NCBI RefSeq assembly: GCF_001194135.2
Contig: NC_068984.1
Coordinates: forward strand, 113,552,314 to 113,603,982
Length of the DNA: 51,669 nucleotides
Direction: 5' to 3'
DNA from: Octopus bimaculoides
Lineage: Eukaryota
A model generated the notes under the pieces. It made no database searches, was not told where the DNA came from, and was given only the letters and a program-made list of their open reading frames with translations. This document shows, piece after piece, positions 11,919 to 23,250 of this stretch. Position 1 is the stretch's first letter. Each line of letters begins with the position of its first letter. A program made the translations under genes and the position numbers.

Positions 11919-12145
11919 ACATATATTTTCCATTAACAAGAACAGTGTTGACAGTGATTTCGAACCTGAAATCTCGAAGTTACTATCAACACTATTCTTG
12001 TTAAAGTATAAGAAATGTGTACTCTACAAAAATTATTGAGCAAGACAATCAGTTTAATGTAGAACTTTTATTATGACACAACATAAAAACAAGCATTAAT
12101 AAAAGTGTGTGTGAGCGTGTGTGTGTGTGTGTGTGTGTGCGTGCG

Positions 12146-12176
<31 letters not shown>

Positions 12177-12178
<2 letters not shown>

Positions 12179-12421
12179 TGTTGGCACTCCGTCGCTTACG
12201 ACGTCGAGGGTTCCAGTTGATCCGATCAACGGAACAGCCTGTTCGTGAAATTAACGTGCAAGTGGCTCAGCACTCCACAGACACGTGTACCCTTAACATA
12301 GGTCTCGGGATATTCAGCGTGACACAGTGTGACAAGGCTGACCCTTTGAATTACAGGCACAACAGAAACAGGAAGAAAGAGTGAGAGAAAGTTGTGGTGA
12401 AAGAGTACAGCAGGGTTCGCC
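12177..12421 (-). mobile_element. SINE family E, 3' part (5' end lost in N gap)
   Basis: Close match to 7459-7725. Confidence 0.85.
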
Positions 12422-12541
12422 NNNNNNNNNNTGTGTGTGTACGAGGAAAAGAATCTGAAAATGCAGGAGTCTTTTATTTATTAACTTAGCCGGTTTCACT
12501 TATTTAAAAAGATTTTCGAAAAAAACACACGTGTTAGGTTC

Positions 12542-12930
12542 TGTGTATCCTCTGTGGTGTCAAAAATTAGTTTATATAAATGTATTGAAACCAAGTGATA
12601 GAGTATTTGACAATGATAAGAAAAGGTTTGAGGCTTTATGTATCCTCTGTGATGAGACAAGAAATAGTTTACATAAAAGCATTTCGATCGCGTAATAAAA
12701 TTTCTTTTATAATGATAAGAAAACCTAGTTTACATGAAAATGTCCTTATCATGTAAAAGAGTCTTTGACAAGGAGATGAAATATGTGTATTCTCTGTGAT
12801 GAGTCAAGAAATAGTTTTATATAAAAACATTCAGATCAGGCAAGATTTTTTTTTTATTATCATAAGATGAAAATTAGTTTACATGAATATATCTCGATCA
12901 AGTTATAGAGTCTTTAACAAGATAAAATAT
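12542..12930. repeat. Decayed higher-order tandem repeat
   Basis: Five tagttt-type cores at 12568, 12665, 12726, 12812 and 12875; three gtat(c/t)ctctgtg starts near 12545, 12640 and 12787. Confidence 0.7.
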
Positions 12931-13874
12931 GTAACAGATCGTTTAAAATACTCGGGTCTGACTTCTAAGGGTCTTGTATCTAGCTGGAGTTTGGCAGTTA
13001 TAAACGGAGTAGCAATTCTTCCGTATAAAATCTTCGTTTTATCCAAAAACGATAAATGTTAATGATATATTCTTTAAATGTCATTGTTATCCAGGATTCG
13101 TTTTCAGGTATAAAAAGAGTGTGGGTGGCTGATGGTCACAGCTCACAATGTAGTTGATGATTGATAAAAAAATGTTTTGAGTGCGTTTATATGTGTGATT
13201 TAGAAGTAAAGAATGGTTTGTATTTGCGTGTAAGCGTATGTGTGTAAGTGTGGTTTTTCTGGGAAATATGAATAGCAGGTTTATGTGTGAATGTATGTGT
13301 GCATAAGTATGTGTGTGTTGCGGTTGTCAAGGCGCTGTCATATATATATATATATATATATATAGGTATGCTTTATTTTCTGTATTTTTTGTCTTGTATT
13401 ATTTTTCTTATTACTTCCTGTTTGTATTCAGAGCTTCGTCTGGTTTTGTCATTTCTTCTCAGTGTATTTTAGCTACTACTGCAATCAACATGCTCTAGTT
13501 GATCATAAGAAAGAAACATTACTTATGTAACGAGAAACTGTATTACATCATCTGATGAGTTGCTTTTGTACCGTGGGATGCACTGAAATTCATAGTATAT
13601 TTTCCCAACCGCAAAGGCGAGATGCAGGATGTGTCGAAAGGATCGTTGCGATAAAGTACAATTTCCAGTATATTCTATCTTCCGTATCTATTGTTTTTAT
13701 TATACTCTACGTACACTGAAGAATTCTTAATGTAGATCCAGAAACGATTCTGCATTTACCGCGGATGACGCCGGGGAGTCATAGGAAGTGAACCTGCCTT
13801 ATCGGTATACTATTTGGGACATACCCAACATGTAAAATTTTCATTTTAAATTCAAATTTAAACTTTAAGTCTAA

Positions 13875-13909
<35 letters not shown>

Positions 13910-14144
13910 CAACCTTCCACCTTTCACATCTATTTTTCTTGCCTTTTCTCATATTTTCTCTGGTTTTATCGTTCTGTTTTAGCTTCTTATGCCATGTGGG
14001 CATCAGGATTGCGTGAACACCAAACGTGTTATAAAATGCTGTCTGGGTCGTTTTCATCGCACGAAACTATTAGTAACACATAAAATTATATGCTGTGTTT
14101 GTTAAACAATATATATATATGTACATATATATGTATGTATATAC

Positions 14145-14218
<74 letters not shown>

Positions 14219-14476
14219 GTAGGTAGGTAGGTAGGTAGGTAGATTCTAAGGTAAAAAGGAGACTGCTAGTAATGAATATATACGAACATACTTACATAAA
14301 ATACATACATACATATATACATACATAAAATACATACATACATACATACATACATACATACTTGCGTTTGTTATCTACATTGTAACGACAGAGTTTTGCG
14401 TCTTTGTTGAAATCCAGCTTCTTCTTTACAGGAGCAATTCAAATAATGAAAAATAGAATAGAACCTGTAAGCATAT

Positions 14477-14532
14477 ATGCAGCTATGCAGCTATGCAGCT
14501 ATGCAGCTATGCAGCTATGCAGCTATGCAGCT
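14477..14532. repeat. Perfect (ATGCAGCT)7 octamer repeat
   Basis: Seven exact units. Confidence 0.95.
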
Positions 14533-16243
14533 TTAGAGCTTAGCTGCTCTATAGATCGAAACATTTCTTTCAATATCAGTGACGAGGGAAATACGTATAG
14601 ACAGTTCTTTCGTATTTGCAGCTTCTACATTCAGATTATTAATTAACATTTTTTTTACTTATAATTACCGTCCGTTGTATTCTGATGAGTTAGTAACTGT
14701 GTAAGAGGATATTTCAAACTACTAGTTATAATTCACAGTTTTAGCTTAGTTACTTACATGTACCTTACACGCGCTATATTTAAGTGCAGTAGGGGAACTA
14801 TGTAATGTTTTCTTGAAGTTCAACATGGAGTTATTCAGTGCTGTTCTGTCTATAATCCAGCGATGGAGTTTGGTTTCTTTGTTAAGAGTTTGTTCTTTTT
14901 TCCCCCTTGCGTGGAAAATTCCGATAATTATAATTAAAAAAGTAAAATATGGTAGCATCCAAACATACACGCATATCTAATATCTACCTACCTAAACAGT
15001 ATTCGAGAAGAGTCTTTATATTGCCGAACCAAATAAAATACAATAATTGAAAATAGAAAAACAAATGATCATTAGAAAATGTATTTTCAGTTTTCCTTTG
15101 TTAAATACATTTCGAAGATGACGTAAATACATTTCCTTTTATTCGAAGGGAGGGGAGGGGGGATAAGAAAAACTTAATACAAAAATAATAATATTATTTT
15201 CCTTTAGAAAATCAAATTACAAAGTTAAATAGCTTTGGGAGAATCTTAACGTTTATGAAATGACTTTGAAGTAAACAATTATAGATAAAAGGAAGCATAA
15301 TATAATAATCCATATCAGTTTCTATTTATTTGTTCAATCCTCTGTAATTTCATAATGGAAAGCCTTATATGAACTAATCGGATATGTTATATAATTGATT
15401 GCTCATACATGCATTTGGAGTCCTTAACAAAGGGCATGGTATCCTCTTGTATACTACTGGCCGAATTTAATGGCATAAATGTATAGGAACTAATGAAGAT
15501 TTTCTGATTATTAAATAAATGTATTCGATGAATTCAACATAGGAAGTCTTGCTCTCTTATACATAAGTCGCCAGTCTCAGTGCTTTAAACTGATCAAGAC
15601 TAATGAGGATTTACACCTGAGTCTTTCTGGTGGGAATATTGTAGCCAACATACTAGATGATGCATCTATAGAGCTCTAGCAAACCAGAGAGTTTTTATAC
15701 GCGTTAGCAATTCAAATGTTGTTTTAAAAAGCTAGAAAAGTTTAGTAATGTTGTCCCGCGTGTATTCTTCCTAGAAAGAAATGAAACGGATTACGATGAA
15801 ACATTTTCGTTAATACGTCTAATTAGCCAAATTTGATTTGGGATTAAACAACGGCAGCAATGAAAAATCACTCTAAATGTTTATGCGGATTTAAAAAAAA
15901 AACACCAATGAAATACCTATTTGATTAAATCGTGCATTATATATTACTAATACTTTGAAATACCGGTGGGTATAACATTTATTATGTATGTATACAAATG
16001 TACAACGATGTTAGATGTAATGTTTTATCTAGGAGAAACTTCTCAAAGAAGCTTGTGACTCCGAATGTTGTTGATGGATTGTCAGACAATGGAGTTTCAG
16101 GGGTTTCAACCTCATTTTATCTCCTTAAGGACGAACACTCCAGACGTTTGAAAAATACTTGTTCCGATATAAAATTCAGTAAACAAAACTGATATGAGCG
16201 AAAGCTGGCCAGACTTGCCGTTTTAGCTCAAAACATCTTCGGC

Positions 16244-16293
16244 GCTCGTTACCGAGGAGACTAAACGAGGACGAAACATTGTGTCTATCGAGC
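16244..16293 (+). ncRNA. Candidate type I hammerhead ribozyme
   Basis: Stem I GCTCGTTA/TATCGAGC (7/8 pairs); core CCGAGGA (6/7 of CUGANGA); imperfect stem II closed by G-C; GAAA; stem III ACA-ttg-TGT; GUC triplet at 16283-16285. Confidence 0.5.
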
Positions 16294-16537
16294 CACCGGT
16301 GACGTTCTGAGCGAGCCCTTGGTTTTTAATACATACGACGTTTTTGAGAAACTTTCGGAACTTTCTCTGAGATAAAATATTACAATTTGTGTCATTCAGC
16401 ATTTGTATATACATTATAAATATTCTACGTATCGTTATCTTAATTTCATTCTGTTTCAAGTGTGTATATCATATTCATTTTATTACCTTAGAATGTTAGT
16501 AAATATAGCGACCTGACTGCAGTGTTATTATATACAT

Positions 16538-16580
<43 letters not shown>

Positions 16581-16595
16581 NNNNNNNNNNTACAT

Positions 16596-16673
<78 letters not shown>

Positions 16674-17046
16674 GTGTGTGCGTGTTTGTGTGTGTGTACG
16701 TGTGTGTGCGCGTACACGTGCATGTTATAGTGTTGATAGTCAACGCCATGTCGACGGTTTGAGCAGAAATATGATCAAAGATGTTTTAGATGTGGCTATC
16801 CCACCATTTAGTGATTTTAGTTCCATATTCATCGCTGATTTCATTCCCTTTTCAAGTAGTTGGGTATGGAAGGATTTCACCACTATATAAAGCAAATCGA
16901 GCAGCACCAATGAGGCTCTTCCATTAGCTAGTATTAATATTAGCTGTGTTAATGCAACGGATCTTCAGAATCGGTGGAGGATACAATAAAATGACTGGAT
17001 GTTATTTAGTTATTTCTCTGTATCTATGTCTAATATTTTGTGTCAG

Positions 17047-17122
17047 AGGAAATTCTCAAAGAGATTTGTGTCAGACAGCACAACGTCCATTCTCTATCAT
17101 CAGGAGATTTTCAGACAGAGCT
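17047..17122 (+). other. Candidate 76 nt internal exon
   Basis: Acceptor ctaatattttgtgtcag, donor GTAAGT at 17123-17128, all three frames open; no recognised product. Confidence 0.25.
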
Positions 17123-17804
17123 GTAAGTACAAATCGACTATGCTTTTTTTTAATATACCTATTAACAATACAAAAGAATGCCCCATTTAAAAACAGTACC
17201 TTCTTCTGGTATATGTAGCTTCATGTTAATATAAAATAAAATAAAAAAATATTGTGTTAGGTAGATGGATTGGGTTGATGAAAGAAATTCCTCATGATAC
17301 TGAGTTTTGTCTTTTTACAGCTTCGGTTTATATCTGGCCGAAATTGTTATTTTAATTTCACTTAGGTCAATTAAATATGTACCAGAAATATATAGACACT
17401 CTATAATCAATTTATAAACCTCCAGTGACGATGCCTAGCATGGTACCAATATTATAAATGAGTATTAGGTTTTTATAGAGAGAAGTTAGCTATTTCAATA
17501 TGCAGAAATATCTCCTAGATGTAACATTAGATGATAATCAATAAATATGACAGAAGATTCCCAGTAGACAACATTTGTGTTCATTCAGTATATATTATAT
17601 TATTTTCAGCAACTACACAGCTGTGAGCTATGGAGTTAAGATAGATATTCAACGTATACAGACAATAATAGATTCCTCTGACATTAGTTACATACATATT
17701 AATAACATGGAAAAATAAATGAGGAAATATTAAAAAAGAAACGAATCTATGCTTTTATTTGTGTAGGGGTTATGTATGTATGCATGTATGTATGTATGTA
17801 TGTA

Positions 17805-17855
<51 letters not shown>

Positions 17856-18539
17856 ATGTGATTGATGGTGCGCTTGTTTGTTTTACTTGTTAGTTTTTAT
17901 CTCTGAGTTTCCAGATTGTGTGCATGACAGTATTATATTTAAATTAGTGAGGATTCTTTATCAGTGTCGCAACTGCTGGGGAATTTTGAGTCCATTCCGT
18001 CTCTATGGAGCAAACTCGTCCCAACCATGACCTTCTCGTCTTTTTTGCTTGTTTGCTTGTTTTTCTTTTTGCCTAGAATATATCCATTGCTGCCTTATGA
18101 TGCAATCTGAAGGTTGCTTCTTCAAGTAGATTTACGAGCTATATACAAAATTTATTATAGTAAGGTATAGAATCCTTTACACCGAAGTAGATTGTATATC
18201 TATACATGATGATCAAAATACGCACCCGCTATTTCTGATAAGAAATGGAGTGTTGCCCAGCAACCATTTCACACATGCGTTATAAGAATAGGCTTTTGAG
18301 TACACTACTGGAAACAATGGGTGAATTTATATATGAGAATATGCAATCTGAAATGGTTTGATATTTATTATAGACGACCATTTGAATTGAACTATTGAGG
18401 GTTTACGAGTTCTAGACTGAAAAACGCTAGAATCGTATTTCAAGAAACGATAACTGGATATGTTAAATATTACGTTATGGATTCGACAATACCACCTATA
18501 GTGTTTTGAAATTATTATTAATATATTGGACACAGGAAA

Positions 18540-18735
18540 GACAGCGAGCTGATAGAATCTTCAGCACGCCGGGTGAAACGCTTAGCGGTATTTCGTCTGT
18601 TTTCCGTTCTAAGTTCTAGCTCTGCCGAGGTCGACTTTGCCTGTCATCCTTTAGGGGAATACTGGGGTTGATGTAATCCACTTTCCCACCCCCATCGAAA
18701 TTGCAGGCATTGTACCAAAATTTGAAACCAATATA
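18540..18735 (+). mobile_element. SINE family B (internal deletion)
   Basis: agcacgccgggtgaaacgcttagcggtatttcgtc...gccgaggtcgactttgcc. Confidence 0.8.
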
Positions 18736-18877
18736 TTGAAAATAGATGGATCGTAGAGCTAGCTATTGTGCTTTGTGGTCTATCATGACCACTACATCAG
18801 TACATACACATATATCGATAGACACATACATACACACACAAATATATATATATATTTATATTTATATCTATATTTAC

Positions 18878-18942
<65 letters not shown>

Positions 18943-19467
18943 CGTGTGTGTGTCTGTGTGTGTGTGCGTGCACGGGGGAGGAGGTGATGTATGTATGTAT
19001 GCATATATATATGATCAGAGTCCAAAGAGGTTGATGTCGGCCTGCATAGGCAAGACTTATATAACGTAGTAAAATAGATAAGAATACAGTGAAATCCAAA
19101 GCCTCAATAAACAGTATCAACCTATCTCCTTCTAACCACTACAAAACTACTGACTCTAACTCTTCTCTCCCCATTACACTTCTTCTCATCTACAAACACA
19201 CTAAATTTGCCATACCTTTCTCTCAACTCCTTTGCCTTCGCCTAATCTGCAGCCTTGATTAGGTTTACGAATCCCAATGCCAAACAATGCGACATTTCCT
19301 CCTGAATTGAGGGTTATGTGGATCACTTCTGAACTGGGCGCTCCACCATGCCCAGGCCATCGGCTGCGTTACCGTTCTTCTACCGTTTTTATATTAGTCT
19401 GCAGACCGTATTCCACTCTCTCCCACCTTCCACTCGTCTATCACCTATTTGAAAGATATACTCAAAT

Positions 19468-19797
19468 AGGCGCATGGCTCAGTGGTTAGAACGTCGGGCT
19501 CACAATCATGAGATGAGGTAGTGAGTTCGACTCCTGGACAAGGCTGTGTGTTGTATTCTTGAGCACAGCACTATATTTCACTATATTGCTCCAGTTCACT
19601 CAGCTGTAGAAATATGTTGCGACGTCACTAGTGCCATGCTGTATCGGCGTTTACCTTTCCCTTGGATAATATCGGTGGCGTGGAGAGGGGACACTGGTAT
19701 GCATGGGTGACTGCTGGCCTTCCATAAGCAACCTTGCCCGGACTTGTGCCTTGGAGGGGAACTTCCTAGGTGCAATCCCTTGGTGATTAATGACTGA
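19468..19797 (+). mobile_element. SINE family D, tail type 1
   Basis: A-box-like tggctcagtggttag, B-box-like gagttcgactcc, core ttgctccagttcactcag shared with 27525-27780. Confidence 0.8.
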
Positions 19798-20051
19798 AAT
19801 ATTTCTGAAACCTGCGGAATATTTCTGAAACCTGCTATTTGAACCCAAAACTGCGCTAATCTATTCCCCGCACCACCTCTTCTCACCCTTAAAGAGAGAA
19901 GAACCTTGAAGGTCTCATAATAAGAAGCTCCATGAGGCCAAGCACCACACAAGGAGGCACTTTTAAAAGAGTTCATCAGAAACAATTGTGTATGACCTTA
20001 AGCCATTCTGTTAAATTATTTTTTTATCATATTTTATTATTAGCCCTTCAT

Positions 20052-20228
20052 AAGGGGGTGTGCTAGTTGAATCATTAGCACGCCGGAGAAATGTATAGCC
20101 GTATTTCGTCAGTCGCTACGTTCTGAGTTCATATTACGCCGAGGTCGACTTTGCCTTTCATTCTTTCGGGGTCTAAACTTGTCCCTTCCCTTAAAAATTT
20201 CAGGCCTTGTGCCAATATTAGAAAGGAT
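20052..20228 (+). mobile_element. SINE family B inserted in duplicate copy 1
   Basis: TSD attattagccctt (20036-20048) / attattagtcctt (20227-20239); single empty site attcttagtcctt at 21490-21502. Confidence 0.85.
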
Positions 20229-20664
20229 TATTAGTCCTTTATGTGTAAGCTGGAACAATAACATCTCTGTTCATTAACGTTTCAAGATTTTTTCCAGGCT
20301 TGTCTTCTGAATAAAATTTTTGAAGTGATGATCATAGCTTTACTAGCACGTTTGTATAAGTTTAAAACCTATTGTAAAACACACCAATAGCCTACCATTA
20401 CTATTATTAGATCATTGGGTCGGTGAGAGCGTGCAGTTAATGAGATTGTTAAAGATATTGTTGCAAAATAAATACACAGGAATTAATACAGGGTTAATGG
20501 AGAATAGAGATTAAAATTGGACATATTCCTCTCTGCAATATAATTCATATACACAATTACACACAAGCACAAACATATATGCATGCTTGCAGACATATGA
20601 ATACACACACATGTATATTTATATATGTATATAACATATCGTATATATATGTATGTGTATATAT

Positions 20665-20707
<43 letters not shown>

Positions 20708-20904
20708 NNNNNNNNNNNNNNNNNNNNNNNNNNNNNNNNNNNNNNNNNNNNNNNNNNNNNNNNNNNNNNNNNNNNNNNNNNNNNNNNNNNNNNNNNNNNN
20801 NNNNNNNNNNNNNNNNNNNNNNNNNNNNNNNNNNNNNNNNNNNNNNNNNNNNNNNNNNNNNNNNATATATGTATATTAACAATATTGCAACCATCACATG
20901 GCCT

Positions 20905-21234
20905 AAAGCACAAAATCATATTACCCAGAACATCTCTTGCATTATATGCAAACTTTGTGGCACCAATGTAAACATTAAGGGCAAAGCACAACGCCTTGCC
21001 GATCACTTTCGGGAGGATATTCGAAACATACTACTACATATGGAAGACCATCTGTCACGCCGCCACAAACACACACACACATTTCAAAAACACTTTTTAA
21101 TACAAAACTTTATCACATCTAACAACCGTTTTTGCTTCCTATGTCACTCAGCACCGCTAAAGAAAATTCTGGGAATAATATACGTCATATTCTATAGCAC
21201 ATCCGTTCTGGTACATGGAGCTTCATCAGAGTGA
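20905..21234 (+). mobile_element. Penelope-like element GIY-YIG endonuclease remnant
   Basis: NISCIICKLCGTNVNIKGKAQRLADHFREDIRNI...HLSRRH resembles the PLE pattern N.IYCI.C..C...YIGET.R.L..RF.EH...I....VA.HF. Confidence 0.7.
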
Positions 21235-22149
21235 AGAAAGATACATAAAGAAGAGAAAACAAAAGGGCCTCGAGATGAGGAAAGAAGGTTTAATATATTT
21301 GAATCATACCATTTTGTAGTGTAACGCTTCAAGTCGTTGAACAAATTTGCTCAAACGATGTTGTGAATTTGTTTCAAATATGTAGGGCTAATATTTAGAA
21401 CAGCTTTTCTTTGAAACGCGTTACACCAAAGAAACGATTGTGTCTGACTTAAAGCCATTTCGTTAAAGTATTCCTTTTTATCATATTTCATTCTTAGTCC
21501 TTTATGCTTAAGATGGAACAATAACATCTTTGTGTCCATTAGCATTTCCAGACCTTTCATGTTTGTCTTCTGAATAAAATGATTGAAGTGATGGTTGGAG
21601 CTTTAATTAACAAGCTTGTCTAACTTTGAAACCTATTGTAAAACACAACAATGGCCAACCACTAGTATTATTACTTCATTGGGTTTGTGGGAGCCTGCAA
21701 TTAATGGGATTATTAAAGTTATTGTTGCGAAATACGCAGGAATTAATGCAGGCTTAATGGAGAATAAGATCAAAATTGGACATATTCCTGTTTGCAGTAT
21801 AATTCATACACACAATTAAACAAATATACATATGTACACATATGTATTTATATATGTATATAATATATTATATACATGAAATACACAAACTTTGGAGTGA
21901 AACATGTAAAAGAAATAAAGATACATGTATATGCATGTATATATATATATATGTATATATNNNNNNNNNNNNNNNNNNNNNNNNNNNNNNNNNNNNNNNN
22001 NNNNNNNNNNNNNNNNNNNNNNNNNNNNNNNNNNNNNNNNNNNNNNNNNNNNNNNNNNNNNNNNNNNNNNNNNNNNNNNNNNNNNNNNNNNNNNNNNNNN
22101 NNNNNNNNNNNNNNNNNNNNNNNNNNNNNNNNNNNNNNNNNNNNNNNNN

Positions 22150-22181
<32 letters not shown>

Positions 22182-22689
22182 TATATTACGGAGATGTACT
22201 TACATAGCAAGTGACCTGATCTGAGATTGTGTGCTGGAACGAAAACAATTGCAGCGTGGAAGGTTTTTATAAGATACATACATAGCTACATGAATTCATA
22301 CATGCATGCATATATAGCAACATACATACATACATACATACATACATCAACTTCCCATGACTGTCAACGTCATCGGACAATCAGCAATCGTCATCGATCT
22401 CTTTCTTCCGTTGCACCAGAAGTGCCGAGCTGGTCTTTTGTCCGCTCATCATGATGTTGGCTGGCAAGGTTACACTCGTTGTTGAAATCCTTTATGACTC
22501 ACAAAAACACTTTCTTTCCAAACATGTATGAGTCAGTGTATCTGTGCGCGTGTGTGTTTGTGTGTTTATGATTGCATTCAGTGCTAGGAGCCTGCATTCA
22601 GTGTTGGAGTACCTTTCTTCCCAGCTTTACATAATCAACTTATCGTCTACACAGAAAAACAGTGCGGTAAGGAGTAATCAGTTAGATTC

Positions 22690-23250
22690 CGGACTTACTC
22701 TAAGCTTACTCTTTTATTACAGTTCCTTCTTCTGTAATCTCGATCAATTAGACTCGCTATCACTCTGAGAAAGCCAAAGTAATATTTGTAAATCTCCAAT
22801 ACGAAGCCACAATTTCGTGAGACATTTCTGGATCTTACCGTCTTCACAAACAGTTCGACAAATTCTTTCGCTGCGATATTCAAACGTTTGAATTATATGT
22901 TAGGCTCAGATGAAAGCAATTCATCAGTAATTGGGCTAGGGAACATTTAGCTGGAGGTCCGAGATAACAACGTATGAATGATTATTGGGTTCTTGCTTGG
23001 AATGTTTAAACTGCTGTGCTTGCCCTGTTCTGGTCAAGCACGTTTTTCGCTTAACCAAAAGCGTTTTCAGTAAGTATATGTATTAAATTTCCGCTTTTCT
23101 TGCTTATTTTTCTTCTGTGAATTCCCTTCTCTTGGTGAAAGGATAGTATCACTTTCTACTTCATCCAATGTATTTGTTTGCTTTGGTTTTTCCGTGTCCT
23201 ATTTTCTCATTCCCTATTTACAGCTTTTTTAAATTTGGTTAGAAACATTT
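22690..23250 (-). mobile_element. Possible very decayed LINE RT N-terminal remnant
   Basis: Minus peptides FWLSEKR and LNIAAKEFVELFVKTVRSRNV only loosely fit CR1/L2 pre-RT motifs; many stops. Confidence 0.2.

Larger units (their letters stand above)
19975..21830 (+). repeat. Local segmental duplication: 19975-20575 (with SINE insertion) and 21425-21830
   Basis: Colinear blocks including aaacctattgtaaaacac, taatggagaata and aaaattggacatattcct. Confidence 0.85.

Noticed and set aside
12542-12930. Repeat-spacer-like array as CRISPR
   Set aside because: Units are degenerate, the intervening sequences are related to each other, there are no cas genes, and the context is eukaryotic
13552-13588. 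CTGATGA...GAAA as a hammerhead
   Set aside because: No G10.1-C11.1 closing pair, poor stem II, no convincing stem III or stem I
14682-14700. CTGATGA-GTTAgTAAC hairpin as a hammerhead
   Set aside because: Not followed by GAAA; no stem III or cleavage triplet
15420-15720. Minus-strand ILISLDQFKAL resembling GPCR TM3
   Set aside because: Several stops and no other GPCR motifs; could be chance
16533-16640. Duplicated tacatgag(tg)n around a 10-N gap
   Set aside because: Same gap-overlap artefact
21200-21235. Minus-strand CTGATGAAG...GAAC at the end of the GIY-YIG remnant
   Set aside because: No stem II pairing and GAAA is incomplete
22879-22894. 16 bp perfect palindrome attcaaacgtttgaat
   Set aside because: Short and AT-rich with no supporting context
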